DNA of 64,000 nucleotides from a virus (IMGVR_UViG_3300028833_000068:107412-171411), one strand, 5' to 3'. Shown: positions 39,544 to 49,607, numbered from the stretch's first letter. Translations and numbers: made by a program. The notes: generated by a model not told the origin, from the sequence alone.

Positions 39544-39705
39544 ATGGCAATTAATCAACAAATTTATCTAAATGGAATAAGGGGGCTATTATCTCACTAT
39601 GAAATAGAAACACTTCCTAGGAGCTATGAAGGATACAAATCTATGTTCCATCATGCAACAGAATTAAAAGAAGAAAGAGATAGAATAGGCAATAATAACA
39701 AGTAA
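39544..39705 (+). CDS. Small hypothetical protein (53 aa)
   Basis: MAINQQIYLNG...GNNNK*, below the ORF-track cutoff. Confidence 0.45.
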   Translation: MAINQQIYLNGIRGLLSHYEIETLPRSYEGYKSMFHHATELKEERDRIGNNNK

Positions 39706-39718
39706 AATATTTTAAATT

Positions 39719-40330
39719 ATGAATTTCGAAATTGATTTAACAAATGCGGTTAAGATAGTAACCAAGAAGGATGATGCAACTTTCATCGAATACACGATTG
39801 ATGATGGTAAAATTGTAGATGTTTCAATTGTTGAGAGAGAGAAGACAACTGAAGAGAAAGTTGAAGAGCTGAAAAGTAACCCAGACGTGCAAAAAATAAA
39901 TAAGCTTATCACACTTTCTGATAATGCTGGAGTTTTAACTAAGATGGTAGATGGGAAATATACCTCTATTGCTGATGTTATAAAGGATAGTGTTAAGAAT
40001 GAGCCAATCGAAACTGTAATTAAAGATGATATTGTCGTTCCAATTAAGAAGCAAGACATTAAAATCGATAACAGTAAAAATATATTAGCTAATGCAATGG
40101 CTTCTAGTGAAATTATGAAGCTTGATGAAAAGATGGACGAGACAGCAAAAGTTTTCAGAGGTGTGATTGCTGAAAAGCTGTCAGAAGATGAACCTAAAGA
40201 CGTTAAACAAGGTGAAATCGATAATGACATTGATAAGGCATTGGCAATTAGTGATAGAGATAAGAGAATCAACTATCTCAAAGATGTAATTTCAAAGATT
40301 AACACCAAGAAGGAAGAAGACAATGAGTGA
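39719..40330 (+). CDS. Hypothetical protein
   Basis: 203-aa ORF. Confidence 0.65.
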   Translation: MNFEIDLTNAVKIVTKKDDATFIEYTIDDGKIVDVSIVEREKTTEEKVEELKSNPDVQKINKLITLSDNAGVLTKMVDGKYTSIADVIKDSVKNEPIETVIKDDIVVPIKKQDIKIDNSKNILANAMASSEIMKLDEKMDETAKVFRGVIAEKLSEDEPKDVKQGEIDNDIDKALAISDRDKRINYLKDVISKINTKKEEDNE

Positions 40331-40769
40331 ACTGACAAATTTGGCTAATGACCCAAGAAACTTCGATGACATAAAAGATGAAGTATATTTATGTTTTATT
40401 CGATATATTGGGGAAGAAAATGATGGCTTCTACAGATATGAATTCATATTTACAGATAGCATCGATGAGGTATGGGGTGAAGGGTTTGACCAAAAACCAG
40501 CATGTTTGGTTAATGATTTAATGGTTGATGGACAATATATAACTGAAGTGCATATAGTAAAAACCAAGATAAAGCTAGACCTCATTCAAGACAACTGTTG
40601 CTTCTCTATCAGTGATTGTTATGACGGTCTTGTTTGTCTTGCAGGAGAAAATCTTGATGGATATGAAGAATATCCAGATGAAAGGGGCAGACTTTTCTTT
40701 AGATTTGGAGAGACATTAGAAAAAACTGAAGAAAAATTAGCAAAATGCGGTATTTTAATGATTAATTAG
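40323..40769 (+). CDS. Hypothetical acidic protein
   Basis: 148-aa ORF. Confidence 0.65.
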   Translation: MSELTNLANDPRNFDDIKDEVYLCFIRYIGEENDGFYRYEFIFTDSIDEVWGEGFDQKPACLVNDLMVDGQYITEVHIVKTKIKLDLIQDNCCFSISDCYDGLVCLAGENLDGYEEYPDERGRLFFRFGETLEKTEEKLAKCGILMIN

Positions 40770-40815
40770 ATATTTATAATAAACTAAGATTAATATCCAA
40801 TTAATATTTTTATAT

Positions 40816-41736
40816 ATGGTAACAGAGCAATTTATTGAACGAGCCAAAAAAGTTCATGGCGATAAATACGATTATTCAAAGGTAGAATATAAAAACAACC
40901 ATACAAAAGTTTGTATAATCTGTCCTATTCATGGCGAATTCTGGATGACCCCAAATAATCATTTACAAGGACACGGATGTAAACCTTGTGGGTATAATAA
41001 AAATGCAGAAAATCAAACATTGTCATTAGAACAATTCATAGAAAAAGCTAAAAAGATTCATGGGGAAAAATATGATTATTCAAAAGTAAAATATTTTGGT
41101 ATGCACACAAGGATTTGTATTATCTGTCCTAAACACGGTGAATTTTGGCAACTTCCGTATGACCATTTACAAGGAAAGGGGTGTAAAAAATGTGGGTATG
41201 AAAGTAATTGTTTAACTAATGAACAATTCATAGAAAAAGCTAAAAAAATTCATGGAGAAAAATATGATTATTCGAAAATAATTTATAAAGATAATAATAC
41301 GCCTGTTTGTATTATATGTAAAGAACACGGTGAATTCTGGCAAACACCTCATACGCATTTAAAAGGTTACGGTTGTAATAAATGTAGTGAAACTACATTA
41401 GAAAATAAATGTAGACTACTGTTAGAAAAAAACCACATTGAATATATTTCTCAAAAAAAATTTGATTGGCTGGGTAACCAAAGATTAGATTTTTATTTGC
41501 CAAATCATAATATTGGAATAGAATGTCAAGGTGAACAACATTACAGGCCAATAGAATTTTTTGGTGGTTTAAAAACATTTAATAAAATAAAAAATAATGA
41601 TATAAAAAAAAGCAATAAATGTAAAGAAAATAAAATTAAATTAATATATTTTTCTGAAGAAAGGCACAATAGTTTTAATGGTGTTAAAAGTTATTACGAT
41701 AATAACATTCTAAAAGAATTAATTAGTTATGATTGA
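40816..41736 (+). mobile_element. Intact free-standing endonuclease (three Zn-ribbon repeats + Vsr-like nuclease)
   Basis: HG.KYDYSK...C..C..HGEFW..P..HL.G.GC..C x3; QRLDFYLP...IECQGEQHY; GATATTTATA at 40769-40778. Confidence 0.85.
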
Positions 41737-41983
41737 ACCAAAATTCGGTAAAGGAGATTATATAATTAACCGCACTGCTGGCGATATGGGCATAATCAAA
41801 GGAATAACCAAAAAAGGTTATTACCAATTCAAAGAATATTATGATGCAATGTTTAACGAATTGAAGGATTTAAAAAATCTAAATTATGATTTGCAAGTGA
41901 ATTACCAAAAATTCTTTGAGTTATGTACAGATGAAGAAAAGAAAAAATTTGACGAAATCATAAAAGAAAAAGGAGGGAATTAA
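41729..41983 (+). CDS. Hypothetical protein
   Basis: 84-aa ORF. Confidence 0.6.
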   Translation: MIEPKFGKGDYIINRTAGDMGIIKGITKKGYYQFKEYYDAMFNELKDLKNLNYDLQVNYQKFFELCTDEEKKKFDEIIKEKGGN

Positions 41984-41995
41984 TTTCTCTCCTTT
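41969..41995. terminator. Bidirectional terminator hairpin
   Basis: aaaggaggga...tctctccttt at convergent stops. Confidence 0.6.
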
Positions 41996-42354
41996 AATTT
42001 ATCTTTTTCGCTATGAAATCCTCTAGCGTATATATCCGATTTTTTTAAATCGCCATTTCGTTTTTGTTTAGCGTAATCCATAACATCAGAATAGCCATTA
42101 TAATCTCCATTAAAAGCTTTTTTACCAGCTAATCTTCCTAATAAATATTGACCATCTTCAGTTTCACCAACCTCTTTTAATACTTTTTTTACTGATTCTT
42201 TTATAACCCAATGAAGCTCACTTTCAGTAATTCGTATTGGCTTTTTTGATTCCATTTGTACATTGTTTTCTTCTTGTTGTTTTGATGCTTGATACATTTT
42301 TCCATATCCCATAGCTTGTGCTAATTCAAATCCATTTTTAAAAGGTAGTCCCAT
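41980..42354 (-). CDS. Small tagged protein
   Basis: KKPIRITESELHWVIKESVKKVLKE. Confidence 0.7.
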   Translation of the reverse strand: MGLPFKNGFELAQAMGYGKMYQASKQQEENNVQMESKKPIRITESELHWVIKESVKKVLKEVGETEDGQYLLGRLAGKKAFNGDYNGYSDVMDYAKQKRNGDLKKSDIYARGFHSEKDKLKERN

Positions 42355-42357
42355 AGT

Positions 42358-43761
42358 TTACTGTTGTGTTTGTTTCATTATTCCTTCGTACATAAAGTCT
42401 GCGACCTTCATAATTGAGTCGAAGACGCTTGCACAGTTATTTACGTTCATTCCCCAGTTTGCAAGATAATTAAAATGTTCTTGTTGATTTTCATATCCAA
42501 ATCCGCTTAAAACAATCCATGCGCATAGTTCAGCTTCTTGTTCAATGATATCAGTTCCTCTAAGTGAGCTTCCACCACGATAGAATTTCTTAAGATTTGG
42601 GTTTGTAGTACTTACAACTTCCCAGTGCATGATTTGGTGTGCTGTCTCATGTATCACTGTGCTTAACAAACCATGATTCTTTTTATCGTCAATAATATCA
42701 ACAATACCCTTATTACTAGCAGACCCTCTAGCTCCACCTAATTTATCACTGCCTACGAAGTTATATTCTTTAACTCCAATTGACTTACCAAATTTTACAC
42801 AAGCATCTATAAGTATTCTTTCCTTTTCAGTTTCATCACTATCAGCATCATACCATTTGAAATTATTCTCTGGAAATTCCTCTGCACCTTCTCCTTTAAT
42901 CAAGTCAGAAATATCGTATGCAAGATATTCCTTAAATCCTCCTCTAGGGTCTGGATATTTTGTTTCTCTATCCAATCTACGCTTCTGTGAAGGGGTTAAC
43001 TCGCTAATTGACCTTACTCCCTCTTTTTCAAGAAAACGCCTTACAACTTCATCATATTGAGCGCCAAACAATTTTTTAAATGATGCTGGCATTGCAAGTA
43101 TAATGGGAACTGCATTTGGTTTTGGTGTATAGCCCATATCCCTCCATTCTCCCTTTGAACGAACATCTCTAGCGTTACTCTTTTGCATAAAAATCAAAAT
43201 TGTATTCAACCAAGAAAGTTGATGTCCCCTATGTTTTGACATTTCAGCTCTGAATCTAGACAATTCAGCCAATGCATTCATAGTTTCTCTACTTCCAACT
43301 CCTTGCGCCAATTTTTTCTTGAATTCTTCTGCATTAGCAATAATGCCATTACCATCAATTCTTCCGCCACTTGAGGCTTCTGCTTTCATGATAACATCTT
43401 TCAATTGTTCAATTGAAGAAAGAACCTCATTGATATCTCTATTGTTTCCGCCATCTGGTGGCGTCTCTTGTTGTCCTATTTCTTCCGCAAACTTCTTAAT
43501 TAATGGATATACCTCTTGTTCACTTCCATCCCATACAATCCATCCCCAAGCTTGTGGTACTCCTTGTATGTTTCTAATGTAGCGATTATATGGCAAATAC
43601 TCCATGCCATATTTTTTCATTAAATCCTTATTATCAAAAGTGCTATCAGTTGATGCATTTGGGTCAACATACACCAATTTGAATCCCTTTCCATTTTTTG
43701 TTTTAAGAACGTTTTGGTTTGTTGCCAATTGATAATATTCTCGTACTAGCTTCTTATTCAT
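42358..43761 (-). CDS. ArdC-like ssDNA-binding domain + HExxH metallopeptidase (MPTase/IrrE-like)
   Basis: SWLNTILI..Q...A..V.....W...G......A..I.I..P; HETAH...EQEAE...YL..W. Confidence 0.75.
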   Translation of the reverse strand: MNKKLVREYYQLATNQNVLKTKNGKGFKLVYVDPNASTDSTFDNKDLMKKYGMEYLPYNRYIRNIQGVPQAWGWIVWDGSEQEVYPLIKKFAEEIGQQETPPDGGNNRDINEVLSSIEQLKDVIMKAEASSGGRIDGNGIIANAEEFKKKLAQGVGSRETMNALAELSRFRAEMSKHRGHQLSWLNTILIFMQKSNARDVRSKGEWRDMGYTPKPNAVPIILAMPASFKKLFGAQYDEVVRRFLEKEGVRSISELTPSQKRRLDRETKYPDPRGGFKEYLAYDISDLIKGEGAEEFPENNFKWYDADSDETEKERILIDACVKFGKSIGVKEYNFVGSDKLGGARGSASNKGIVDIIDDKKNHGLLSTVIHETAHQIMHWEVVSTTNPNLKKFYRGGSSLRGTDIIEQEAELCAWIVLSGFGYENQQEHFNYLANWGMNVNNCASVFDSIMKVADFMYEGIMKQTQQ

Positions 43762-43767
43762 TTCTTT

Positions 43768-44157
43768 TTAATTTAAAATCGTAATCATTAATTGTTCTCT
43801 AATTGGTGCAATCAAAAGCCCTTTTGGATATGTATATTCATCATTTTTTAACCCACCATTGAAATTGATTTCAAATGTCCCAATATATGTTCCAGCTTCT
43901 TTAGTGTCACGTGCTTTCCAATCATAGCATATGACATATTGTTCAGTGCAACTATCAATATCACGTAGTTTAATGTAAGCTTTATTCTTAGCTATTTTTG
44001 TAACATTTGTATCAGCGTTAACCATTGTGAATGTAATGTCTGCATTTTGTATACATTCATGAAACTTATGGTATGGATGTGTAGAACCATCCTCTATTAG
44101 TTCCATACGTAATGTTGGTAAAACACTATTTTGTTTTATAAAGAAATGCTGCGCCAT
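43768..44157 (-). CDS. BppU-like/Ig-fold structural protein
   Basis: F.IKQN...P.L..EL...Y.W...DT..AG.Y.G.FEI. Confidence 0.55.
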   Translation of the reverse strand: MAQHFFIKQNSVLPTLRMELIEDGSTHPYHKFHECIQNADITFTMVNADTNVTKIAKNKAYIKLRDIDSCTEQYVICYDWKARDTKEAGTYIGTFEINFNGGLKNDEYTYPKGLLIAPIREQLMITILN

Positions 44158-44175
44158 TTTAACTATTATTTCTCA

Positions 44176-44205
44176 ATAAATATTACATTCTTAACAATAT
44201 TTATA
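44176..44205. promoter_or_regulatory. Divergent pair of late-promoter motifs
   Basis: ATAAATAT (44176-44183, serving 44157 -) and ATATTTATA (44197-44205, serving 44222 +). Confidence 0.65.
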
Positions 44206-44221
44206 TAAAAATATAACAAAA

Positions 44222-45559
44222 ATGCAACAATCACCAAAGGCATATAGAGATAAATTGAGGTTGAGAAGACACAGTTACGGTATTGAAAAGCGTAGGAATA
44301 TGTCCAAGTTAATACTTGAGCATGGAACACCAATACCGCAGCCCATCGACTATCCAGATATTGATAGTACGATGCATAAATGGGTTGAGGATAATATACA
44401 GATAGTTTACGATGGAAAGAGATTACCAGTATATAAATTGTATAGCACTCAAAGATTGAGCGAATATATTCAAGAATGGGATAAACAAGATGATACTGGT
44501 AACCCAATTATCAATTTCTTAACCATTACACGTGAACTTAATCCACAGAAAGGAGAAAATCAAGGAAATTACTTCAATATTCCTGGACATAAGGATTTTG
44601 CAATGTTCTATGTTCCTGTATTACAAGAGAATGGGACTGAGGCATATGACAAGTATACCATGAAACAGCCAACTCAGATTAACTTTATTTATACTGTTTC
44701 AGTTGTTTCAAATAAAATGGAGATTATAAATAAAATGAATGAACTGATGCATTATGAGTTTAATGCAATTGATTGCTTTATATCTCCAAATGACCACCCA
44801 ATGTCAATGACGTTGGAAGATATTTCTGATGAATCAGAATATACGATTGATGACCGTAAGTATTATTCTCAATCTTATAAAATAAAGGTAAGAGGTTATA
44901 TCATAAGACGAGAGGATTATAAGGTTGAAAGAATTCCTTCAAGATTAGTTTTATCTTCACATGATTCTGATGCTAGCGGAATTATAAATAAGAGGGGAAA
45001 GAATAGACGAGAAGAAGATAAGGTTAAATTTATTGAGGAATATAAAGAAAGCTTACAATATCAAGAATTTAAAGATGAAACATTAAAGAAGGATGACCAT
45101 TGTGAACCTATTCCAATTGATGAGAAGGATAGACCATCTGAGATTTATGAAGAGACTAGTGGGAATACTGATTGTTGTGACCCAGCTCCAAATAAGTATT
45201 ACAATAAGATTGTAAAGATAATGATGAACTTTGATGATTGTACGTCAGAATTATCATTTGAAATAGATAAAGATGTGGTACTTGATTCAGTTGAAACAAC
45301 CAATGTTTATGATTTCAGACTAATTGTCAATGGTGAAGCAATGGACTTGGAAACTGATATTAAGTTCTTGAAAGGTGATGAAATTATGGTAAGAATCACA
45401 AGAGATGACTTGCATAAGGATTCAGAGGTAATATTGGTTGGTTACGACCCAGAAGTTGCATTTGATAGAACTAAGCTTGCAGAATCATCATTGGATGAAC
45501 CAATCGATGAAGAAGACATAATGATAAACTATAAAGAGGAAGAAACAAATGGTATTTAA
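44222..45559 (+). CDS. Putative tail terminator/completion protein (gp15-like)
   Basis: DID......V...PV....QR...W...P...ITR...P....Y.V.V...N.... pattern; late context. Confidence 0.45.
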   Translation: MQQSPKAYRDKLRLRRHSYGIEKRRNMSKLILEHGTPIPQPIDYPDIDSTMHKWVEDNIQIVYDGKRLPVYKLYSTQRLSEYIQEWDKQDDTGNPIINFLTITRELNPQKGENQGNYFNIPGHKDFAMFYVPVLQENGTEAYDKYTMKQPTQINFIYTVSVVSNKMEIINKMNELMHYEFNAIDCFISPNDHPMSMTLEDISDESEYTIDDRKYYSQSYKIKVRGYIIRREDYKVERIPSRLVLSSHDSDASGIINKRGKNRREEDKVKFIEEYKESLQYQEFKDETLKKDDHCEPIPIDEKDRPSEIYEETSGNTDCCDPAPNKYYNKIVKIMMNFDDCTSELSFEIDKDVVLDSVETTNVYDFRLIVNGEAMDLETDIKFLKGDEIMVRITRDDLHKDSEVILVGYDPEVAFDRTKLAESSLDEPIDEEDIMINYKEEETNGI

Positions 45560-47021
45560 AACTTACATTAATAAAACGTGTAGCATTATCTCCAATAGCA
45601 AAATTAACACTGGTTTGAATCCCATACTAAAGTTAGTATACGGGAGAGATACCATTGTATCTAGAGGTTTAATATACTTTGACCATAACAAAGTAAAAGA
45701 ATTGATTGAAAATGGAACAATGAGTGATATGACGAAAATGAAACACATACTTCATATCACCAATGCTGGTTCTCTTGACTTTACAGAACTCCATGACTGT
45801 ACGACTAGCGACATTAATGATAACAAATCAATCAGAGCTACCTCATTTGACCTTATTTTCTTCTTAATACCAAAACCTTGGGATAGAGGTAAGGGATTCG
45901 ATTATTCAATGAACTTTCTTAATGTTGGATATTATTCTCCAACTCCAATTGACCCACAAAGGCTTATTTCAACTGATGGCTGCAATTGGTTTCAACGCAT
46001 GAATGGTCTTCCTTGGGATGAAGAAGGTGTATATACTAATGACCACTTATCCAAGGAATATGACAAATTCTCTTGTGGAGAAGAATCAATTGTAATTGGT
46101 AGACAACATTTTGATGTTGGCAATGAAAATATTGAATTGGATATTACTGATGTGTTTAATAAGTTCTTAAATGGTGAACTAGAAAACTACGGTATTGGAA
46201 TTGCCTTTTCTCCATTATTGGAAATGTCTGAATCAGAATTTGAAAACTATTTTTCAATGTTAACTGATAAAACCAATACTTTCTTTGAACCATATGTCGA
46301 AACTAGATATGATGACGTAATATTGGATGACAGAGCTAATTTCGTACTTAACAAAAAGAACAGACTCTATCTATATTGTAATATTGGTGACATGATGGAT
46401 GACTTGGACAAAAACCCAATAGTAACCATTACAAATTCTGATGATGAAGTGGTATTTGACAATATCGAGACTGTTAGACAAAGTAAAGGGGTATACTATA
46501 TTGAATTAACACTCTCTAAAAACGATTTTGAGGCTGATACAATGCTTTATGACACATGGGATGGTATAGTCTACCAAGGAGTAGAATTGGATGCTGTAGA
46601 GCTTGATTTTACCCTTAAATCAACCCCTAACTTCTTCAACATAGGAAATTCACTTAGTGCTACCAATGTAAGGTTTACCCCATCCATATCTGGTATTCAA
46701 CAACGTGAACAGATTAAACGTTCAGATATTAGAAAGTTAATCATATCAGCAAAACCAAACTATACAGTTAATACAACCCAATTAGTTGATAATATGGACA
46801 TAAGATTATATGTTAAGGATGGTACTAGAGAAATTGATGTTATCGAATGGGATAAAATCAATAAGACATTCTCAGAAAATTTCTATATTATTGATACTAA
46901 TATACTCATACCACAAAGATATTTTGTAGATATTAGGATTAAATACGGAATGGATATGATTGTCCATCATGATGTTCTTTCATTCGATATTGTTGATGAT
47001 TTGAACAACAAATATGCTTAA
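45549..47021 (+). CDS. Putative structural protein
   Basis: LDITD...L.G..ENYG.G...P..E..Y (DNRLRE/CBM96-like) module; late operon. Confidence 0.5.
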   Translation: MVFKTYINKTCSIISNSKINTGLNPILKLVYGRDTIVSRGLIYFDHNKVKELIENGTMSDMTKMKHILHITNAGSLDFTELHDCTTSDINDNKSIRATSFDLIFFLIPKPWDRGKGFDYSMNFLNVGYYSPTPIDPQRLISTDGCNWFQRMNGLPWDEEGVYTNDHLSKEYDKFSCGEESIVIGRQHFDVGNENIELDITDVFNKFLNGELENYGIGIAFSPLLEMSESEFENYFSMLTDKTNTFFEPYVETRYDDVILDDRANFVLNKKNRLYLYCNIGDMMDDLDKNPIVTITNSDDEVVFDNIETVRQSKGVYYIELTLSKNDFEADTMLYDTWDGIVYQGVELDAVELDFTLKSTPNFFNIGNSLSATNVRFTPSISGIQQREQIKRSDIRKLIISAKPNYTVNTTQLVDNMDIRLYVKDGTREIDVIEWDKINKTFSENFYIIDTNILIPQRYFVDIRIKYGMDMIVHHDVLSFDIVDDLNNKYA

Positions 47022-47074
47022 AGAAGATATTTATATTAAAGAAAAAACATGAACAATTTATTTAAAACATAATC

Positions 47075-47114
47075 AAAAGCGCACTAGTTCTTTCATGGAC
47101 TAATGCGCTTTTTT
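47075..47114 (+). terminator. Hairpin + T-run in the phoH leader
   Basis: aaaagcgca...tgcgctttttt. Confidence 0.6.
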
Positions 47115-47129
47115 CTTAAAATCAATTTT

Positions 47130-47936
47130 ATGGGTAAGAAAAAAAATTTACAAGGTTTAGATGAACTTGAAAAAGAATTCATTGAACAAAAGATGAAAGG
47201 AGACAGCGCTCTCAACTATCTTACATCAGAAGGGTTATGTACGAAACTTAAAACACTAGGTTATAAATTAGATATTAAATGTAAAACAGAAACTCAAAAA
47301 CAGTTCTTAAAACAATTAAAAGATAAGAAAAAACAAATTTGTTTTGGTATTGGTTCTCCTGGAACAGGAAAGTCTTACATGTCTCTAGCATATGCGTTAA
47401 AAGAGTTAAAAGAAGGTAACTACTCAAGCATCATAATGATGATACCTACAGCGCCAGCTGGTGGATTGGATTTGAACCTTGGTTATCTAAAGGGGGATTT
47501 AGATACCAAAATTAGGCCTTATCTCGAATGTGATGAACAAACCGTTGCAAAAATTTTGAAAAATAGTGGTAATATGGATTCATTTATGATTGCACAATCA
47601 TTGGTTAATAATGGATATATTAAATATGAATTTATTAATTTTGCATTGGGAAAAACATTTGATGACGCTTTAATACTTGTAAATGAAGCAGAACAATATA
47701 CTGCCCCTAATATGCGATTAATTTTAACTAGATTGGGTGAAAATAGTAAGATGATAATTACTGGTGATATTTTACAAACGAATCGTAGAGATATTGTAAT
47801 AAAAAAATCAGAAAGTGGACTCTCATATGCAATTGACCACATTGGAGATATGGAAGAGGTTAGTGTAACTGAATTTGGAAGAGAAGACATTGTTAGAAAC
47901 CCATTAATTACAAAAATACTTGATAATTGGGATTGA
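47130..47936 (+). CDS. phoH: PhoH-family ATPase
   Basis: GSPGTGKS, LGYL.G....K..PY, GKTF, LTRLG..SK.I.TGD..Q, DIVR.PL; likely start MGKKK at 47130. Confidence 0.88.
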   Translation: MGKKKNLQGLDELEKEFIEQKMKGDSALNYLTSEGLCTKLKTLGYKLDIKCKTETQKQFLKQLKDKKKQICFGIGSPGTGKSYMSLAYALKELKEGNYSSIIMMIPTAPAGGLDLNLGYLKGDLDTKIRPYLECDEQTVAKILKNSGNMDSFMIAQSLVNNGYIKYEFINFALGKTFDDALILVNEAEQYTAPNMRLILTRLGENSKMIITGDILQTNRRDIVIKKSESGLSYAIDHIGDMEEVSVTEFGREDIVRNPLITKILDNWD

Positions 47937-47940
47937 TGTA

Positions 47941-47949
47941 ATATTTATA
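47941..47949 (+). promoter_or_regulatory. Putative late-promoter motif ATATTTATA
   Basis: Between co-directional genes, which fixes motif orientation. Confidence 0.6.
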
Positions 47950-47955
47950 TAAGTT

Positions 47956-49110
47956 ATGGATAAAACATTTAAGCCAACAGTAGAATGGATGACAGCTAAA
48001 TATGCTGAAATGAATGACCAATTATTTAGAGGTGAACTTGGGGAATGTAACTTCAAGGTCTTTACTACTGGCAAGGGCAGTGAAGGTGGTACATTGGGGT
48101 GGTTCAAGATAACTAGTCGTGGTATTCGTGTTGATAGATACAGTAGAAGAATGTTTAAAATTAGTAATTGGGGTACAAAAATATTTGTTAATAAAGATAA
48201 TTTCACTACTATGTGTAGTCCAGCTATTGAATTAAATGGTAATTATACTGGTACTGAACATGGATTCTTAGCTACACTAGTACATGAAATGTGCCACTAT
48301 TACACATATATGAATGGTTATTGTCCAAGACAAGGACATGGTAGGGAATTCAAAGATATTGGATATGTTGTGTCAAGTAGGTCAAATGGAATGTTTACAA
48401 TACAAAGATTGGCTTCAGCAGAACAAATGTCAGAACTTGAGCTTAGTGCTGAAATGAAAGCCAAGAGAGAAAAAAGACTTTCAAATAGAAAAGCATCAGT
48501 TACTGCAATATTTGTGTTCACTAAACAAGGACAAGTTAAACTTACAATAACTTCAAGCCCAAATCTAATTAATATGATTTCGACAAGCGAAGAAGGAAGA
48601 GGTAATAACGTTGTAACATCAAATGATGCAAATGTAATAGAATTCTTATTCTCAAAAGGATATGAGAAAAACATGAGGACTTGGAGATATTGGAGTCTTG
48701 AAGGAAAACCTTGGATTGATGAACTGAAAGAAATGTTGCCAGAAACTAGTGGTGAAACTATTGGAGTTAAAAGAAATGCTGCGCAACAAGTTCAACCTAA
48801 GCAGCAGTCAAAACAGCCTAAGAGAATATTTAGCATACAAACAAGTAATGGAAGATTTGAACATGATGCTGATGTATATTATTCATTACTTAATGCTTTA
48901 AAGGAAAGATTCCCTAAAACAAGCGAAGAGGCAATTATGAAATTAATAAATAACCCAGCAAACTATAGAATGGTTGAAAATAAAATGAATACAAAGAATA
49001 TTTTAAAAGAAGTCATTGAGGAATTCATGCAAAATGATATGGAAAATAATGATTCAGTTGAAATAAACCCAAACATGAATTTAGGGCTTGAATCACCTTT
49101 AGAGGCTTAA
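47956..49110 (+). CDS. SprT-like zinc metalloprotease with C-terminal tag-like segment
   Basis: Y...N...F.G.L, TLVHEMCH...HG..F; KNILKEVIEEF. Confidence 0.8.
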   Translation: MDKTFKPTVEWMTAKYAEMNDQLFRGELGECNFKVFTTGKGSEGGTLGWFKITSRGIRVDRYSRRMFKISNWGTKIFVNKDNFTTMCSPAIELNGNYTGTEHGFLATLVHEMCHYYTYMNGYCPRQGHGREFKDIGYVVSSRSNGMFTIQRLASAEQMSELELSAEMKAKREKRLSNRKASVTAIFVFTKQGQVKLTITSSPNLINMISTSEEGRGNNVVTSNDANVIEFLFSKGYEKNMRTWRYWSLEGKPWIDELKEMLPETSGETIGVKRNAAQQVQPKQQSKQPKRIFSIQTSNGRFEHDADVYYSLLNALKERFPKTSEEAIMKLINNPANYRMVENKMNTKNILKEVIEEFMQNDMENNDSVEINPNMNLGLESPLEA

Positions 49111-49117
49111 AAATAAA

Positions 49118-49148
49118 AAAGCGAGATTCTTCAGTTGAGTCTCGCTTT
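49118..49148. terminator. Bidirectional terminator hairpin
   Basis: aaagcgagattc...gagtctcgcttt. Confidence 0.7.
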
Positions 49149-49607
49149 AAATTTATCTAAAAGTATCTTTTTCTTTTCTTCAAATGGTTTTGATACAATA
49201 TACATAAAATCATCTTTATGTTTATTTCTATATGCCTCTAATGTACAAATTGGTTTACAAGGAGTTCCTACTGCAACAGTGTTTGAAGGTATATTTCTGT
49301 TAACAATACTTCCAGCTCCAATTATACAGTTATCTCCAATTGTAACCCCTGGAAGTATAACCGTTCTACATCCTATGAAACAATTCTTTCCAATGACTAT
49401 TGGCGCATAAATTACTGTTTCTTTATCCCCATCTGGCAAGTTTCTTATTACCCTTGTCGATGCATCGTGCGTCACAAACGCACAATCAAATGAAATGGTG
49501 GTATTATCTCCAATCTTAATTAAATAAGGTTCTGAACCCCAATTAACTTCCCCAATTAATTGTACATTCTTGCCTAGATTAGGATTTCCGTATTTTGGTG
49601 TATACAT
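49131..49607 (-). CDS. Hexapeptide-repeat (LbH) O-acyltransferase
   Basis: IGDN..I...THD...PIVIGKNCFIG...ILPGVTIGDNCIIGAGSIV...GTP. Confidence 0.9.
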   Translation of the reverse strand: MYTPKYGNPNLGKNVQLIGEVNWGSEPYLIKIGDNTTISFDCAFVTHDASTRVIRNLPDGDKETVIYAPIVIGKNCFIGCRTVILPGVTIGDNCIIGAGSIVNRNIPSNTVAVGTPCKPICTLEAYRNKHKDDFMYIVSKPFEEKKKILLDKFKARLN

